Counted from the stretch's first letter, positions 9,431-18,069 are shown. The stretch is DNA of 38,957 nt from a virus (IMGVR_UViG_3300037309_000309:1-38957), one strand, 5' to 3'. Translations and numbers: made by a program. Notes: generated by a model not told the origin, from the sequence alone.

Positions 9431-9618
9431 AAGAGTTAGATAGGATTCGTCAAGAATTGCCCCCGGAAATCGAACAGGTGGTCCGCGAGATTTGCCGGGC
9501 CATCTGGTCCGCTCCTGCCGATCTACTGACCGAAGATCAGTGGGTCGCAGCGTTCTCCGAGAAGGTGGACGCGGCCTTCAAGGCCGTCCGCAATCGCGGG
9601 AAAGGACCAGCGGCATGA
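9427..9618 (+). CDS. Hypothetical accessory protein (63 aa)
   Basis: GTGA/ATGA coupling; AT-richer 5' end. Confidence 0.6.
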   Translation: MKELDRIRQELPPEIEQVVREICRAIWSAPADLLTEDQWVAAFSEKVDAAFKAVRNRGKGPAA

Positions 9619-9710
9619 CCCCGCTGCTCACCCATACCCTGGTGGCGATCCTCGCCGCCTCGTTCGGCTTCCTCATCGCGGCGATCATGGTCGTCAAAGG
9701 GAGGGGGTGA
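9615..9710 (+). CDS. 31-aa single-TM peptide
   Basis: AAGGA RBS; MTPLLTHTLVAILAASFGFLIAAIMVVKGRG. Confidence 0.6.
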   Translation: MTPLLTHTLVAILAASFGFLIAAIMVVKGRG

Positions 9711-9712
9711 TG

Positions 9713-10426
9713 TCAGCGCGCGAAAAGCAGGTAAAGGATAGCCAGAAGCCCGACCGACATGATGATTCCGCGAGCGGAGAAGCCCAAGGCTTTGATTGGA
9801 GAGGGTCGCATGCCCGGCGGCTCTTCCCGAGACGTGAGATCGACCTCAACAACCACATTTTCGCTCACGGCAGGAAGCGGTCTGCCCTGCTCGCGCGCAA
9901 GGTCGCGCTCAGTCAGAAGTCGCCAGGTGCAGCCGCAGACCCGCTTGGCGCAGCTACCGAACGGGATTTCGGGAATTTCCTTCCACATTGCGCGGTCTGT
10001 GACCTTCGCGACATGGCATGGATCGCGGTGGTCGGCCATGAAACGAGCAAAAACGAACGGCCAACCGCTCTTCAAAAAGGCGTTGTCCTTCTGACGATCG
10101 GCAATCCGCCAAGAATTGCGGATGATCCGATTGCAAAGGTCATCGAAGTTTCCGGCCGGGTTGCGCCGTGCCTCGTCGGTCAGGGCGTTCCAGACTTCCC
10201 ACGAGATGTGCTGGTCACCCGCCCATTTTTCGAGCCCCAGTTCAACGCGTTCGTTCGGAGTGATGCGTGTCCCGCCCAACCGGCCACCCTTGAGAGTGCC
10301 TTTTCCAATGAAGTGATCGCGGAAGGTTTCGATTGCTTCCGGGCGGATGAAGGGCAACGCAGCGAGGCCCTCATCGATGACGGGATCGAGATCGATCTCG
10401 GCGCCGCTCTGGACAAGTTTCCGCAT
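9713..10426 (-). CDS. Reverse-strand accessory protein with C-terminal TM anchor
   Basis: Opposite to the operon, lower GC, Cys cluster DPC..CAKRVCGC, hydrophobic tail; start uncertain (10426 vs 10486). Confidence 0.7.
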   Translation of the reverse strand: MRKLVQSGAEIDLDPVIDEGLAALPFIRPEAIETFRDHFIGKGTLKGGRLGGTRITPNERVELGLEKWAGDQHISWEVWNALTDEARRNPAGNFDDLCNRIIRNSWRIADRQKDNAFLKSGWPFVFARFMADHRDPCHVAKVTDRAMWKEIPEIPFGSCAKRVCGCTWRLLTERDLAREQGRPLPAVSENVVVEVDLTSREEPPGMRPSPIKALGFSARGIIMSVGLLAILYLLFAR

Positions 10427-10560
10427 GGAATCACCAATTTCTTGACGCGGGGGGCAAATCACCCCATGGTTAATGCGCTTCGTCAAGCCTTGAACAGCGA
10501 TGGCGAGCGACAGAACCTGTGGCGGTCACGCCCCGAGAGCGCGTCTTCACGACACGATCA

Positions 10561-10646
10561 TCCGGGAGCCGCATGCGAATGTCCAATGGGCGTGAGCCCT
10601 AAAGGCATGCGGGCATCGTCCACAGGCGATGTGTTCAACTCCCGGA
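10561..10646 (+). ncRNA. C4-like antisense RNA
   Basis: Closing stem TCCGGGAG/CTCCCGGA, CCGCATGC/GCATGCGG, GGGC-GTGA-GCCC tetraloop, CATCG-TCCACAGG-CGATG; upstream of an antirepressor. Confidence 0.8.
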
Positions 10647-10685
10647 GCCGTCCTGAGACCGCTCCGCCAACCTGTGGGAATGACT

Positions 10686-11366
10686 ATGACCAATCTAGTT
10701 TCGATCAACGGCACGGATGTGCCGGTTCTACATTTCAGCGGCCAGCGTGTTGTGACACTCGCGATGGTGGATGCCGTGCATGGCCGGCCGGAAGGCACGG
10801 CACGGAAGCGCTTCAACGGCAACCGGCACCGCTTCATCGAATGCGAGGACTTCTACGAGGTCACTGCGTCCGAAATTCGGACGCAGTCGCTCGGGGAAGC
10901 CTTCGCCGCGCGGACCCCGAAGGGCATCCTGCTGACCGAGACCGGCTATTTGATGCTGGTGAAATCCTTCACGGACGATCTGGCGTGGCAAGTTCAGCGG
11001 CAGATGGTCAACGCCTATTTCACTACGCGCAATCTGGCCGCAGAAGTCACACGGTTGCAGGCCGAAAACATCCGGCTGCGCGAATTCGCTTTTGCCGGGC
11101 ATACCTTCGCCAACACGATCCGCGCCTATCAGAATGCGGGGGTGCGGCGCAGCCAGCTCTATGCCTATTTCACCGGGAAATCGAAGGCCTGGCTCGGGGT
11201 GATGTGCGACTTCCTCGAGGAGGCCGGCATGATCCGGCTGGACGATTGGCCCGATGCCGAGGAATACCGCATGGCGAGCCGGCCCTGGGAGCCGGAACAG
11301 GCCGAACTCGACCTCACACCGATCGAGGCGGCGCAGGACGAGATGGCGCGCCAGTTCGGGGGCTAG
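10686..11366 (+). CDS. ORF6N-domain antirepressor-like protein
   Basis: GQRVVTLAMVDAVHGRPEGTARKRFN.NR.RFIE.EDFY; LLTETGYLMLVKSFTDDLAW.VQR. Confidence 0.88.
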   Translation: MTNLVSINGTDVPVLHFSGQRVVTLAMVDAVHGRPEGTARKRFNGNRHRFIECEDFYEVTASEIRTQSLGEAFAARTPKGILLTETGYLMLVKSFTDDLAWQVQRQMVNAYFTTRNLAAEVTRLQAENIRLREFAFAGHTFANTIRAYQNAGVRRSQLYAYFTGKSKAWLGVMCDFLEEAGMIRLDDWPDAEEYRMASRPWEPEQAELDLTPIEAAQDEMARQFGG

Positions 11367-11367
11367 G

Positions 11368-11577
11368 ATGGACGCCCCCGACACCCTGCTTATCGAGGCC
11401 GATCTCAACCGCGCGATCTATGCCGTGCATGGCCTTTCGGGCCTGCTCGTCGCGCTGGCCCGCTCGCCGGATACCGATGCGCTCAACTTCGAGCAGATCG
11501 GCGAACTCGTTTCGGTCATCGCGCGCGACCTCGATCGCGCCCGTGATCGCGTCCTGCCGCATCTTCACGCGGCCTGA
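11368..11577 (+). CDS. Hypothetical protein (69 aa)
   Basis: ATG immediately after antirepressor stop; helical character. Confidence 0.6.
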   Translation: MDAPDTLLIEADLNRAIYAVHGLSGLLVALARSPDTDALNFEQIGELVSVIARDLDRARDRVLPHLHAA

Positions 11578-11593
11578 CGGCTCTTTGACATCC

Positions 11594-11627
11594 AAAGCCC
11601 CCGGCGCCGGTTCCGCGCCGGGGTTTC
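11594..11627 (+). terminator. Probable intrinsic terminator closing the antirepressor cassette
   Basis: CCCCGGCGC-CGGTTCC-GCGCCGGGG-TTTC; short U tract. Confidence 0.55.
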
Positions 11628-11643
11628 ATGGCGGGAGGGGTGC

Positions 11644-11874
11644 ATGAAAGCCGTGCGCCCCTCCCGCCTCTTCGTTCCGCCGCTGGCCTATGCCGGCGAG
11701 CGCGAACGGCTGGCCGAGGAGCGCGGCGAATTGCTGGCGGCCCTCAAGCGCCTCCCGCCCCGGTCGCGGCTCCGCGCCGGCCTCGAATACCGCCTCGTCA
11801 AGGTCACCACCCGCCTGATCGCGACCGAGGGCGCGATCGTCGTGCCTGGCTCGAACCGGGCGGATTTTGCATGA
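11644..11874 (+). CDS. Hypothetical protein
   Basis: GGGAGG RBS, ATGA overlap downstream. Confidence 0.65.
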   Translation: MKAVRPSRLFVPPLAYAGERERLAEERGELLAALKRLPPRSRLRAGLEYRLVKVTTRLIATEGAIVVPGSNRADFA

Positions 11875-12122
11875 AGCGGACCAAGGCGCTCCCCTCCGTC
11901 ACCGATCACGCGGTCCTGCGCTTTCTCGAACGCGCCAGGGGCATCGATGTCGAGGCCGCGCGCCGGGAGATCGCGGCGCTCGCCACCAACGGCGTGCAGC
12001 TCCACGCCAATGCGGTCATCGCGGAGGGAGTCAAGCTCGTCCTGCGCGAGAATGTCGTCGTCACCGTGCTCGAGCGGCAATGGCCCGCGCCCCGGCGTCC
12101 GGAGGGCGGCGAGGATGCGTGA
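11871..12122 (+). CDS. Small phage protein (TDHAVLRFLER motif)
   Basis: Coupled ORF; HAxxR motif reminiscent of RelE-like folds. Confidence 0.7.
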   Translation: MKRTKALPSVTDHAVLRFLERARGIDVEAARREIAALATNGVQLHANAVIAEGVKLVLRENVVVTVLERQWPAPRRPEGGEDA

Positions 12123-12690
12123 CTGGCCGTTCGAGCCGCTCGGGATGTTCTCGGCCGACGTCATCGTCGCCGATCCGCCTTGGCTGGTGGAGATGTATTC
12201 GGAGAAGGGCGAGGGAAAGGCACCCCAGGCGCATTACTCCTGTATGCCGCTGCCGGCGATCAAGGCGCTTCCCGTGGGGCATCTCGCCGGCGGCGATTGC
12301 TGGCTTTTCCTCTGGACGTCAGCGCCCCTGCTCGACGCTGCGATCGACGTCATGCGCGCGTGGTCGTTCAGCTATGTGAGCCGGGCGGCCTGGCGGAAGA
12401 CGACCGTGAACGGCAAGGTCCGGCTCGGCCCGGGATACATCGTTCGCACGATGCACGAGGATGTGTTGATCGGGCGCATCGGCAACCCGAGACGGTCAAA
12501 ACCGATTCCCTCCCTCTTCGACGGTCTGGCGCGGGAGCATTCGCGCAAGCCGGACGAATTTTACGATCTGGTCGAGCGCTTTGCCCCGCTCGCGCGGCGC
12601 GTGGACCTGTTCTCCCGCCAGAACCGACCGGGCTGGCAGGCCTGGGGAAACGAGGCCGGCAAGTTCGACGAGGAGGGCGAGGATGCGTGA
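12115..12690 (+). CDS. MT-A70 family adenine methyltransferase
   Basis: ADPPW catalytic motif, HYSCM, LFLW, REHSRKPDEFY, DLFSR..WGNE. Confidence 0.93.
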   Translation: MRDWPFEPLGMFSADVIVADPPWLVEMYSEKGEGKAPQAHYSCMPLPAIKALPVGHLAGGDCWLFLWTSAPLLDAAIDVMRAWSFSYVSRAAWRKTTVNGKVRLGPGYIVRTMHEDVLIGRIGNPRRSKPIPSLFDGLAREHSRKPDEFYDLVERFAPLARRVDLFSRQNRPGWQAWGNEAGKFDEEGEDA

Positions 12691-13084
12691 CGCGCTGCCC
12701 GGCATCCTCGCCGAAATCGCCGATGTGGCGGGGCTCGAGGCCGCGCTCAAGGTCGCGGAGGTCAAGGGCGGCACGGTCGCGCGCGTGCCGGCCCGGCTCT
12801 CGCCCGGCAACTGGCTCGTCCAGGCCGTGGGGATGGAGAAGGCGGCGGCGATCAGCGCGCATTTCACGGCCGGGCGCGGGATCGACCTCCTCATCCCGCT
12901 CGGCCCCACCGGCTCCTACCTTCGAGACAAGGCGCGGCGGGCCGAGGCCTACCAGCGCGCGCTTGCATCCGGCGCGAACACGCAGCAGACTGCGCGCCTC
13001 GTCGGCGTCACGCGCCGGTCCGTCGAGCGGTTCAAGACCCGGCTCCGGGACGACGAGGACCCCGATCAGGGCCGGCTGCTCTGA
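12683..13084 (+). CDS. Mor/C-like late transcription activator
   Basis: LAEIADVAGLEAALKVAEVKGG..VP; C-terminal HTH; last gene before lysis. Confidence 0.8.
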   Translation: MRDALPGILAEIADVAGLEAALKVAEVKGGTVARVPARLSPGNWLVQAVGMEKAAAISAHFTAGRGIDLLIPLGPTGSYLRDKARRAEAYQRALASGANTQQTARLVGVTRRSVERFKTRLRDDEDPDQGRLL

Positions 13085-13090
13085 CCCCGC

Positions 13091-13137
13091 CTGCGACGCG
13101 CGTCGCAGCCCTTCAGACCCTTCGAACACGCGACGGT
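13091..13137 (+). promoter_or_regulatory. Putative late promoter 1 (lysis/packaging)
   Basis: CTGCGACGCGCGTCGCAG-CCCTT palindrome, copy 1 of 3. Confidence 0.75.
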
Positions 13138-13171
13138 CCTGATCGCTCAACCCGCGATCCCGGAGCCCGTC

Positions 13172-13840
13172 ATGCCGCTCACCCAGACCTCGCTCAAGAA
13201 GCTCGAAGGGGTGCATCCGCACCTCGTCGCCATCGTCAAGGAGGCGGCTGAAATCGGCCCGGTCACGTTTCAGGTGATCGAGGGCGTGCGTTCGCTCGCC
13301 CGCCAGCGCGCGCTGGTGAAGCAGGGCGCGAGCCGCACCCTGCGCTCGCGGCATCTCACCGCGCCGAACGGGCTCGGCCACGCGGTCGATCTCGCCGTCT
13401 TCGTCAACGGCCGCCTCTCGTGGGAAGCACCGCTCTACCATCGCCTCGCCGATCAGGTGAAGGTGGCGGCGAAGCGGCTCGGCATCCCGGTCGAATGGGG
13501 CGGCGACTGGCGCGGCTTCTTCGATGGGCCGCATTTCCAGCTGCCCTGGGCAAGCTATCCGGGCACGACGCGCGCCGGCGAGATCGGCCCGCCCGCACCG
13601 GAGGGCACGGAGATGGCGACGCTCGTGCCCGGCTCGGCCGGCGCGGAGGTCCGCGCGCTCCAGACCCTGCTCAACGCGCTCGGCGCGGGGATCGCCGAGG
13701 ATGGCGATTTCGGGCCGGCGACACGACGCGCCGTGCTTGCCGCGACCGAGCGGGTGACGGGCAAGGCGACCGATATCGTGACGGCCTCGATCCGCGCCCG
13801 GCTGGAGAAAGCCGCGCGCAAGGCGGTGCGCGATGCGTGA
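13172..13840 (+). CDS. Endolysin: M15 peptidase + peptidoglycan-binding domain
   Basis: EGVRS..RQ, SRH..GHAVD, WGGDW..DGPHFQL; C-terminal LQTLLN..DGDFGPATRRAV. Confidence 0.93.
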   Translation: MPLTQTSLKKLEGVHPHLVAIVKEAAEIGPVTFQVIEGVRSLARQRALVKQGASRTLRSRHLTAPNGLGHAVDLAVFVNGRLSWEAPLYHRLADQVKVAAKRLGIPVEWGGDWRGFFDGPHFQLPWASYPGTTRAGEIGPPAPEGTEMATLVPGSAGAEVRALQTLLNALGAGIAEDGDFGPATRRAVLAATERVTGKATDIVTASIRARLEKAARKAVRDA

Positions 13841-14171
13841 GGCGCCCCGCTTTTCCTATCTCTGGGATCAGGCTCTGTTTCTTGCTCTGATAGTCGCGGT
13901 GCTGATCGCCAGCATTGGCCTCGCCCTCGCCCATAGCTGGTATCCGCTCTCGTGCTGCTCGGAGCGCGATTGCGCCCCGGTCGAGGCGCACGCGGTCGAA
14001 GAGGTGCGCGGGGGATGGCGGCTCGAGGACGGGACCTTCATCCCCTATGCCAGGGCGAGGCCCTCCCCGGACGGCCGCTTCCATGTCTGCCGCCACCAGG
14101 ACGGCCAGGGCGCGCTCATCCGCAAGCAGGATGAACCGGACTGCTTCTGGGCGCCGATGGGTGCCTCGTGA
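13833..14171 (+). CDS. Cys-rich exported/membrane protein
   Basis: N-terminal hydrophobic helix, HSWYPLSCCSERDC, SPDGRFHVC. Confidence 0.75.
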   Translation: MREAPRFSYLWDQALFLALIVAVLIASIGLALAHSWYPLSCCSERDCAPVEAHAVEEVRGGWRLEDGTFIPYARARPSPDGRFHVCRHQDGQGALIRKQDEPDCFWAPMGAS

Positions 14172-14314
14172 TGCAGAACTACCACGAAGCGGCTTTCGAC
14201 CAGGTGCTCGACGATGTGATCGAGGAGGCGCGCGAATATCTCTCGGAGGACGAGATCGTCGCCGTGCTCGAAGCAAAGCTCCTTAGCCTCAAGGATGAGC
14301 GTCTCGATGGCTGA
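14171..14314 (+). CDS. 47-aa acidic small protein (not in ORF track)
   Basis: Hand translation MQNYHEAAFDQVLDDVIEEAREYLSEDEIVAVLEAKLLSLKDERLDG; TGATG coupling fills the gap. Confidence 0.65.
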   Translation: MQNYHEAAFDQVLDDVIEEAREYLSEDEIVAVLEAKLLSLKDERLDG

Positions 14315-14597
14315 GAAACCGGCCTACACCACCTCCAAACGCGCGCTCTGGCTCTCCGGCGCGCTCGCCTGGCTCGTGATCATGAGCCTCGTCGGCGGCG
14401 CGCTCACGGGCAACCGTGTCGCGGTCGACATGGCCGGCATCGTGGTGCCGTCCATGGTCTTCCTGATCGTCACCATGCTCGGGCTCCACCGCGCCTTCGG
14501 CTCGCTCGACATGCGCACGCTGCACAACCGGCCGCTGCCGCGTCAGCGCCGGCCGCCCAGACCTGACCCGCGCCTGGAGCCGGAGGGCATGGAATGA
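14307..14597 (+). CDS. Putative holin
   Basis: Two TM helices, basic C-terminus, lysis context; alternative ATG at 14295. Confidence 0.6.
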   Translation: MAEKPAYTTSKRALWLSGALAWLVIMSLVGGALTGNRVAVDMAGIVVPSMVFLIVTMLGLHRAFGSLDMRTLHNRPLPRQRRPPRPDPRLEPEGME

Positions 14598-15004
14598 GCG
14601 CGATCCTCGCCCTTTTCGGCCTTCAAGACGGATTGAAGCTCGGCCGCGGCGTCATCCTCGCGCTTGTTTGCGGCGGGCTGTTCGCCGCCGGCGGCCTCGG
14701 GTTCTGGCGCGGCATGGCCGCGATCGAGCGGATGAATGCCGAGGCCGCGAGCGCCGCGCGGCGGACCGCCGAGGCCGAACATCGTGCCGCGATCGAGGCG
14801 TCGAACACGCGCATCATCGAGGCGAATCTGCGCGCCGCCACCGCCGCCGCCGAGATCTCCGCCAGGGCCGAGGCCGAGATGGCCGGGCTCAGGGCCACCC
14901 TCACCGAGCTGGAGAGACGCAATGCCGAACTGCCGAACGGCGCCGCTGGCGTGCTTGATCGCGATCGCGTGCGCCTCCTGCGCGAGCCCGCCGGAGGTCC
15001 GTGA
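14594..15004 (+). CDS. Rz-like inner spanin
   Basis: N-terminal TM plus Ala-rich coiled coil. Confidence 0.75.
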   Translation: MSAILALFGLQDGLKLGRGVILALVCGGLFAAGGLGFWRGMAAIERMNAEAASAARRTAEAEHRAAIEASNTRIIEANLRAATAAAEISARAEAEMAGLRATLTELERRNAELPNGAAGVLDRDRVRLLREPAGGP

Positions 15005-15200
15005 GGTGATCCGCAACATCGAGATCGCCCGGCCCGTGCCGGAAGCGGCGAAGCGCCCCTGCGCGGCGCCGGTGGCGCTGCCCGATCGCGCATTGACCAG
15101 CGCCGAGGTCACCAGGGGCTGGGGCCAGGATCGCGCCGCGCTCCGCCAATGCGAAACGAAACGCCGCGCGGCGATCGCGGCGCTGGAAGGAACGAAATGA
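14922..15200 (+). CDS. Rz1-like outer spanin lipoprotein
   Basis: Overlaps Rz 3' end; lipobox-like IACASC, Pro-rich, W.QDRAALRQC. Confidence 0.75.
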   Translation: MPNCRTAPLACLIAIACASCASPPEVREVIRNIEIARPVPEAAKRPCAAPVALPDRALTSAEVTRGWGQDRAALRQCETKRRAAIAALEGTK

Positions 15201-15568
15201 TGCCGCACGATATGAACGGATGGGCCGGCCTGATCGCGGTCCTGATCGCGATCGGCAGCACGGTCTATGCCTGGCTCACCCGCTCCGGCAAGGAAGCGGG
15301 CGAGAAGGTCGTGAAGCTTGAGGCGCAGCTGCGCGCCGAGTTCTGCGACCACGCGGCCAAGATCGATCGGATCGAGGACCGGGTGAGCCGGATCGAGGGC
15401 GAGCTCCGGCACCTCCCCGACCGCGCGACCGTGCACCGGATGGAGCTCTCGCTCACCGAGATGCGCGGCGACATGAAGGCGCTCGCCGAACGGTTGACCC
15501 CCGTCTCCGCGATCTCGGAACGCTTGCAGGAATTCCTGCTCGAGCAGGCCAAGGAGGTGGGACGATGA
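15197..15568 (+). CDS. Membrane-anchored coiled-coil protein (DUF2730-like)
   Basis: N-terminal TM, RIEGELRHLP; position as Mu gp25. Confidence 0.75.
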   Translation: MMPHDMNGWAGLIAVLIAIGSTVYAWLTRSGKEAGEKVVKLEAQLRAEFCDHAAKIDRIEDRVSRIEGELRHLPDRATVHRMELSLTEMRGDMKALAERLTPVSAISERLQEFLLEQAKEVGR

Positions 15569-15864
15569 TGGACCGTATCCTGCGCGAGGATGCCCGCCTC
15601 ACCATCCTCAAGGCGCTCGCCGACCAGGCGGATGGCCGGCTGAATTCGGACCTGCTGCGCGCGACGCTCGAGGCGTTCGGGATCGCCAAGAGCCGGGACT
15701 GGGTTCACGACGAGCTCGGCCATCTGCGCGAACTCGGCGCGATCCGCCTGCACGAGATCGGCAGCGTGCGCGTCGCCGAGCTCACCGCGAAGGGGCTCGA
15801 CCATGTCCAGCGCCGGGTGGTGATCGAGGGCGTCAAGCGCCCCTCGCCCCCGGGAGGCGCGTGA
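15565..15864 (+). CDS. Mu gp26-like protein
   Basis: REDARLTILKAL..LTAKGLDHV..EGVKRPS. Confidence 0.8.
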   Translation: MMDRILREDARLTILKALADQADGRLNSDLLRATLEAFGIAKSRDWVHDELGHLRELGAIRLHEIGSVRVAELTAKGLDHVQRRVVIEGVKRPSPPGGA

Positions 15865-16457
15865 TGCAGCTCCCGCGCCGGGGTCGCCTGAGCTCGATCG
15901 ACCTCCTGCCGCCCGAGGCGCAGGAGGATGTCGAATGGGCGCTAAAGGAACTCGCCGCGCGCAAGCAGACCCAGGAGGATATTCTCGAAAGCTTCAACCT
16001 CCGGCTCGCGGTCAAGGGCCTCGGGCCGATCTCGAAATCGGCCTTCAACCGCCATTCGCTGCGCACGGCGAAACATGCCTTCCGCATGGGCGAGACCCGC
16101 GCGATCGCGGCCGTCCTCGCGACCAAGTTCGAGGAGGGCACGGACGAGAAGCTCACGATCCTCGTCTCCGAGACCATCAAGACCCTGATCTTCGAGATGC
16201 TGGAGAATGCCGGCACGCTCAAGGCCAATGCGCTGACCGCCGAGATGATGTTCAACCTCGCCGGCGCGCTCAAATCCGCCGAGCAGGCCGAGAAGGTCGC
16301 GGCCGACAAGAAGAAGGTCGTGAAGAAGGACCTCGCCGAGCTCGCGAAGGAACAGGCCTCGGCCGCGATCGACAGGGTCGCCGCCCTCAAGGGCCTCTCG
16401 GCCGAGGCGAAGGAGGCGTTCCGGCGCGAACTCTTCGGCATCATCGATGGACGCTGA
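15864..16457 (+). CDS. Mu gp27/DUF3486, putative small terminase
   Basis: RLSSIDLLP..ISKSAFNR; upstream of large terminase. Confidence 0.85.
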   Translation: MQLPRRGRLSSIDLLPPEAQEDVEWALKELAARKQTQEDILESFNLRLAVKGLGPISKSAFNRHSLRTAKHAFRMGETRAIAAVLATKFEEGTDEKLTILVSETIKTLIFEMLENAGTLKANALTAEMMFNLAGALKSAEQAEKVAADKKKVVKKDLAELAKEQASAAIDRVAALKGLSAEAKEAFRRELFGIIDGR

Positions 16458-18069
16458 AACCGACACTCTCCCGAGCCTGGAACGGCCGAGCCGCGATGCA
16501 TGGGCCACGATGCGCCGGGCGCAGGGGCGGGCGACCTCCGGTGATTGGCGCGAGACCGCCGTCCTGCTCGGCTATCAGGCCGCGATCGCCCGCGCGCTCG
16601 AGGCGCATGACGTGGTCGTTACCGAGAAATCGCGCCGCACCGGCGCGACCTGGGGCGCGGCCTCCTACGCGGTTCTCACCTCCGCGAGCGCGCGCGGGGA
16701 TGGCGGCATGGACACGCTCTATGTCGGCACGTCCTACGACATGGCGAAGGAATTCGTGGACGCGGCGGCGATGTGGGCGCGGCTCTACGAGAAGGCCGTG
16801 GCCTCGATCGGCGAGACGCTGTTCGATGACGGCTCGGACGAAGGGATCAAGGCGCTCCGGATCGACTTCTCGTCCGGCTTCTCGATCGTCGCGCTCTCCT
16901 CCAAGCCGCGCTCCCTGCGCGGCCGTCAGGGTTTCGTGATCCTCGACGAAGCGGCCTTCGCCGACAGCCTGCCCGAACTCATCAAGGCGGCGATGGCGCT
17001 CCTGATGTGGGGCGGCAAGGTGCTGGTGATCTCAACCCATAACGGCGCCGACAACCCGTTCAACCAGATGATCGCGGATATCCGGGCCGGCCGGCTCGGC
17101 TACGGGCTTCTGCGTTTTGACCTTGATGACGCGCTCAGGGATGGGCTCTTCGAGCGCATCTGCATGCTCAATTCGAGGAAGCACGGCGAATGGTCGCCCG
17201 AGAAGGAGGCGGATTGGCGCGAGAAGCTCATCGCCGATTATCGCGACGCGGCCGACGAGGAGCTCTATTGCATCCCCTCCGCCGGCTCCGGCGTGTTCCT
17301 GCCCGGCCCCTTGATCGAGGCGCGCATGGTCGAGGCGCCGATCCTCCGGCTCTCGCTCCCGCAAAGCTTCTTCGCCATGTCCGAGCGGGCCAAGGAGGCG
17401 GAGATCGCGGCCTGGATCGAGGACGAGCTCGAACCGGTGATGAAGGCGACGCTCGATCCGCTCGTGCCCTCCGCGTTCGGGGGCGATGTGGGCCGGTATC
17501 GCGATCTCTCGGTCTTCGCGCCGGTCCAGATGCTGCGCACGATGCGCCGCACCGTGCCGTTCCTGGTCGAGCTCGCCCGCGTGCCCTTCGCCCAGCAGAA
17601 GCAGATCGCGCTCGCGATCATCACCAGGCTGCCGCGCCGGATGGCCGCGAAGATCGACGCGACCGGCATTGGCGCGGGTCTCGCGGAGGATCTGGTCACC
17701 GCCGCCGGCGCCGAGGCGGTGCGGATCACCACGCAATGGTATCGCGAGGTGCTTCCACCGCTCAAGGCCGCATTCGAGGACGACATGATTCAAGTCCCGC
17801 GCGACGTCGAGGTCGCGGCGGATCTCCGCGCGTTCAAGGTGATCAAGGGTGTGCCTGCCTTGCCGGCCCTGCGCCGTGCAACCTCCGGCGGCGGCGCGCG
17901 CCACGGCGATGCCGGGATCGCGATCGCGCTCGCCTATGACGCGACGCGCACCGGCGCGGAGAGCTACGGCTACGAGAGCGCGCGCCGGCGTGTCGATGAT
18001 GAACCGTCGCGCTGGCAGCGGACGGGCATGGATCGCGCGCTCGGCGGCCGGCACGACCCCCTCGGCTAA
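16447..18069 (+). CDS. Terminase large subunit (Mu gp28)
   Basis: EKSRRTGATW, ILDEAAF, ISTHNG, IDATGIG, HGDAGIA. Confidence 0.95.
   Translation: MDAETDTLPSLERPSRDAWATMRRAQGRATSGDWRETAVLLGYQAAIARALEAHDVVVTEKSRRTGATWGAASYAVLTSASARGDGGMDTLYVGTSYDMAKEFVDAAAMWARLYEKAVASIGETLFDDGSDEGIKALRIDFSSGFSIVALSSKPRSLRGRQGFVILDEAAFADSLPELIKAAMALLMWGGKVLVISTHNGADNPFNQMIADIRAGRLGYGLLRFDLDDALRDGLFERICMLNSRKHGEWSPEKEADWREKLIADYRDAADEELYCIPSAGSGVFLPGPLIEARMVEAPILRLSLPQSFFAMSERAKEAEIAAWIEDELEPVMKATLDPLVPSAFGGDVGRYRDLSVFAPVQMLRTMRRTVPFLVELARVPFAQQKQIALAIITRLPRRMAAKIDATGIGAGLAEDLVTAAGAEAVRITTQWYREVLPPLKAAFEDDMIQVPRDVEVAADLRAFKVIKGVPALPALRRATSGGGARHGDAGIAIALAYDATRTGAESYGYESARRRVDDEPSRWQRTGMDRALGGRHDPLG

Noticed and set aside
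11644-12122. Type II toxin-antitoxin pair
   Set aside because: Only a weak HAxxR resemblance; the upstream ORF shows no antitoxin features
14295-14309. Lambda-style dual-start holin/antiholin
   Set aside because: The extra residues MSVS add no positive charge and the first ATG has no properly spaced SD
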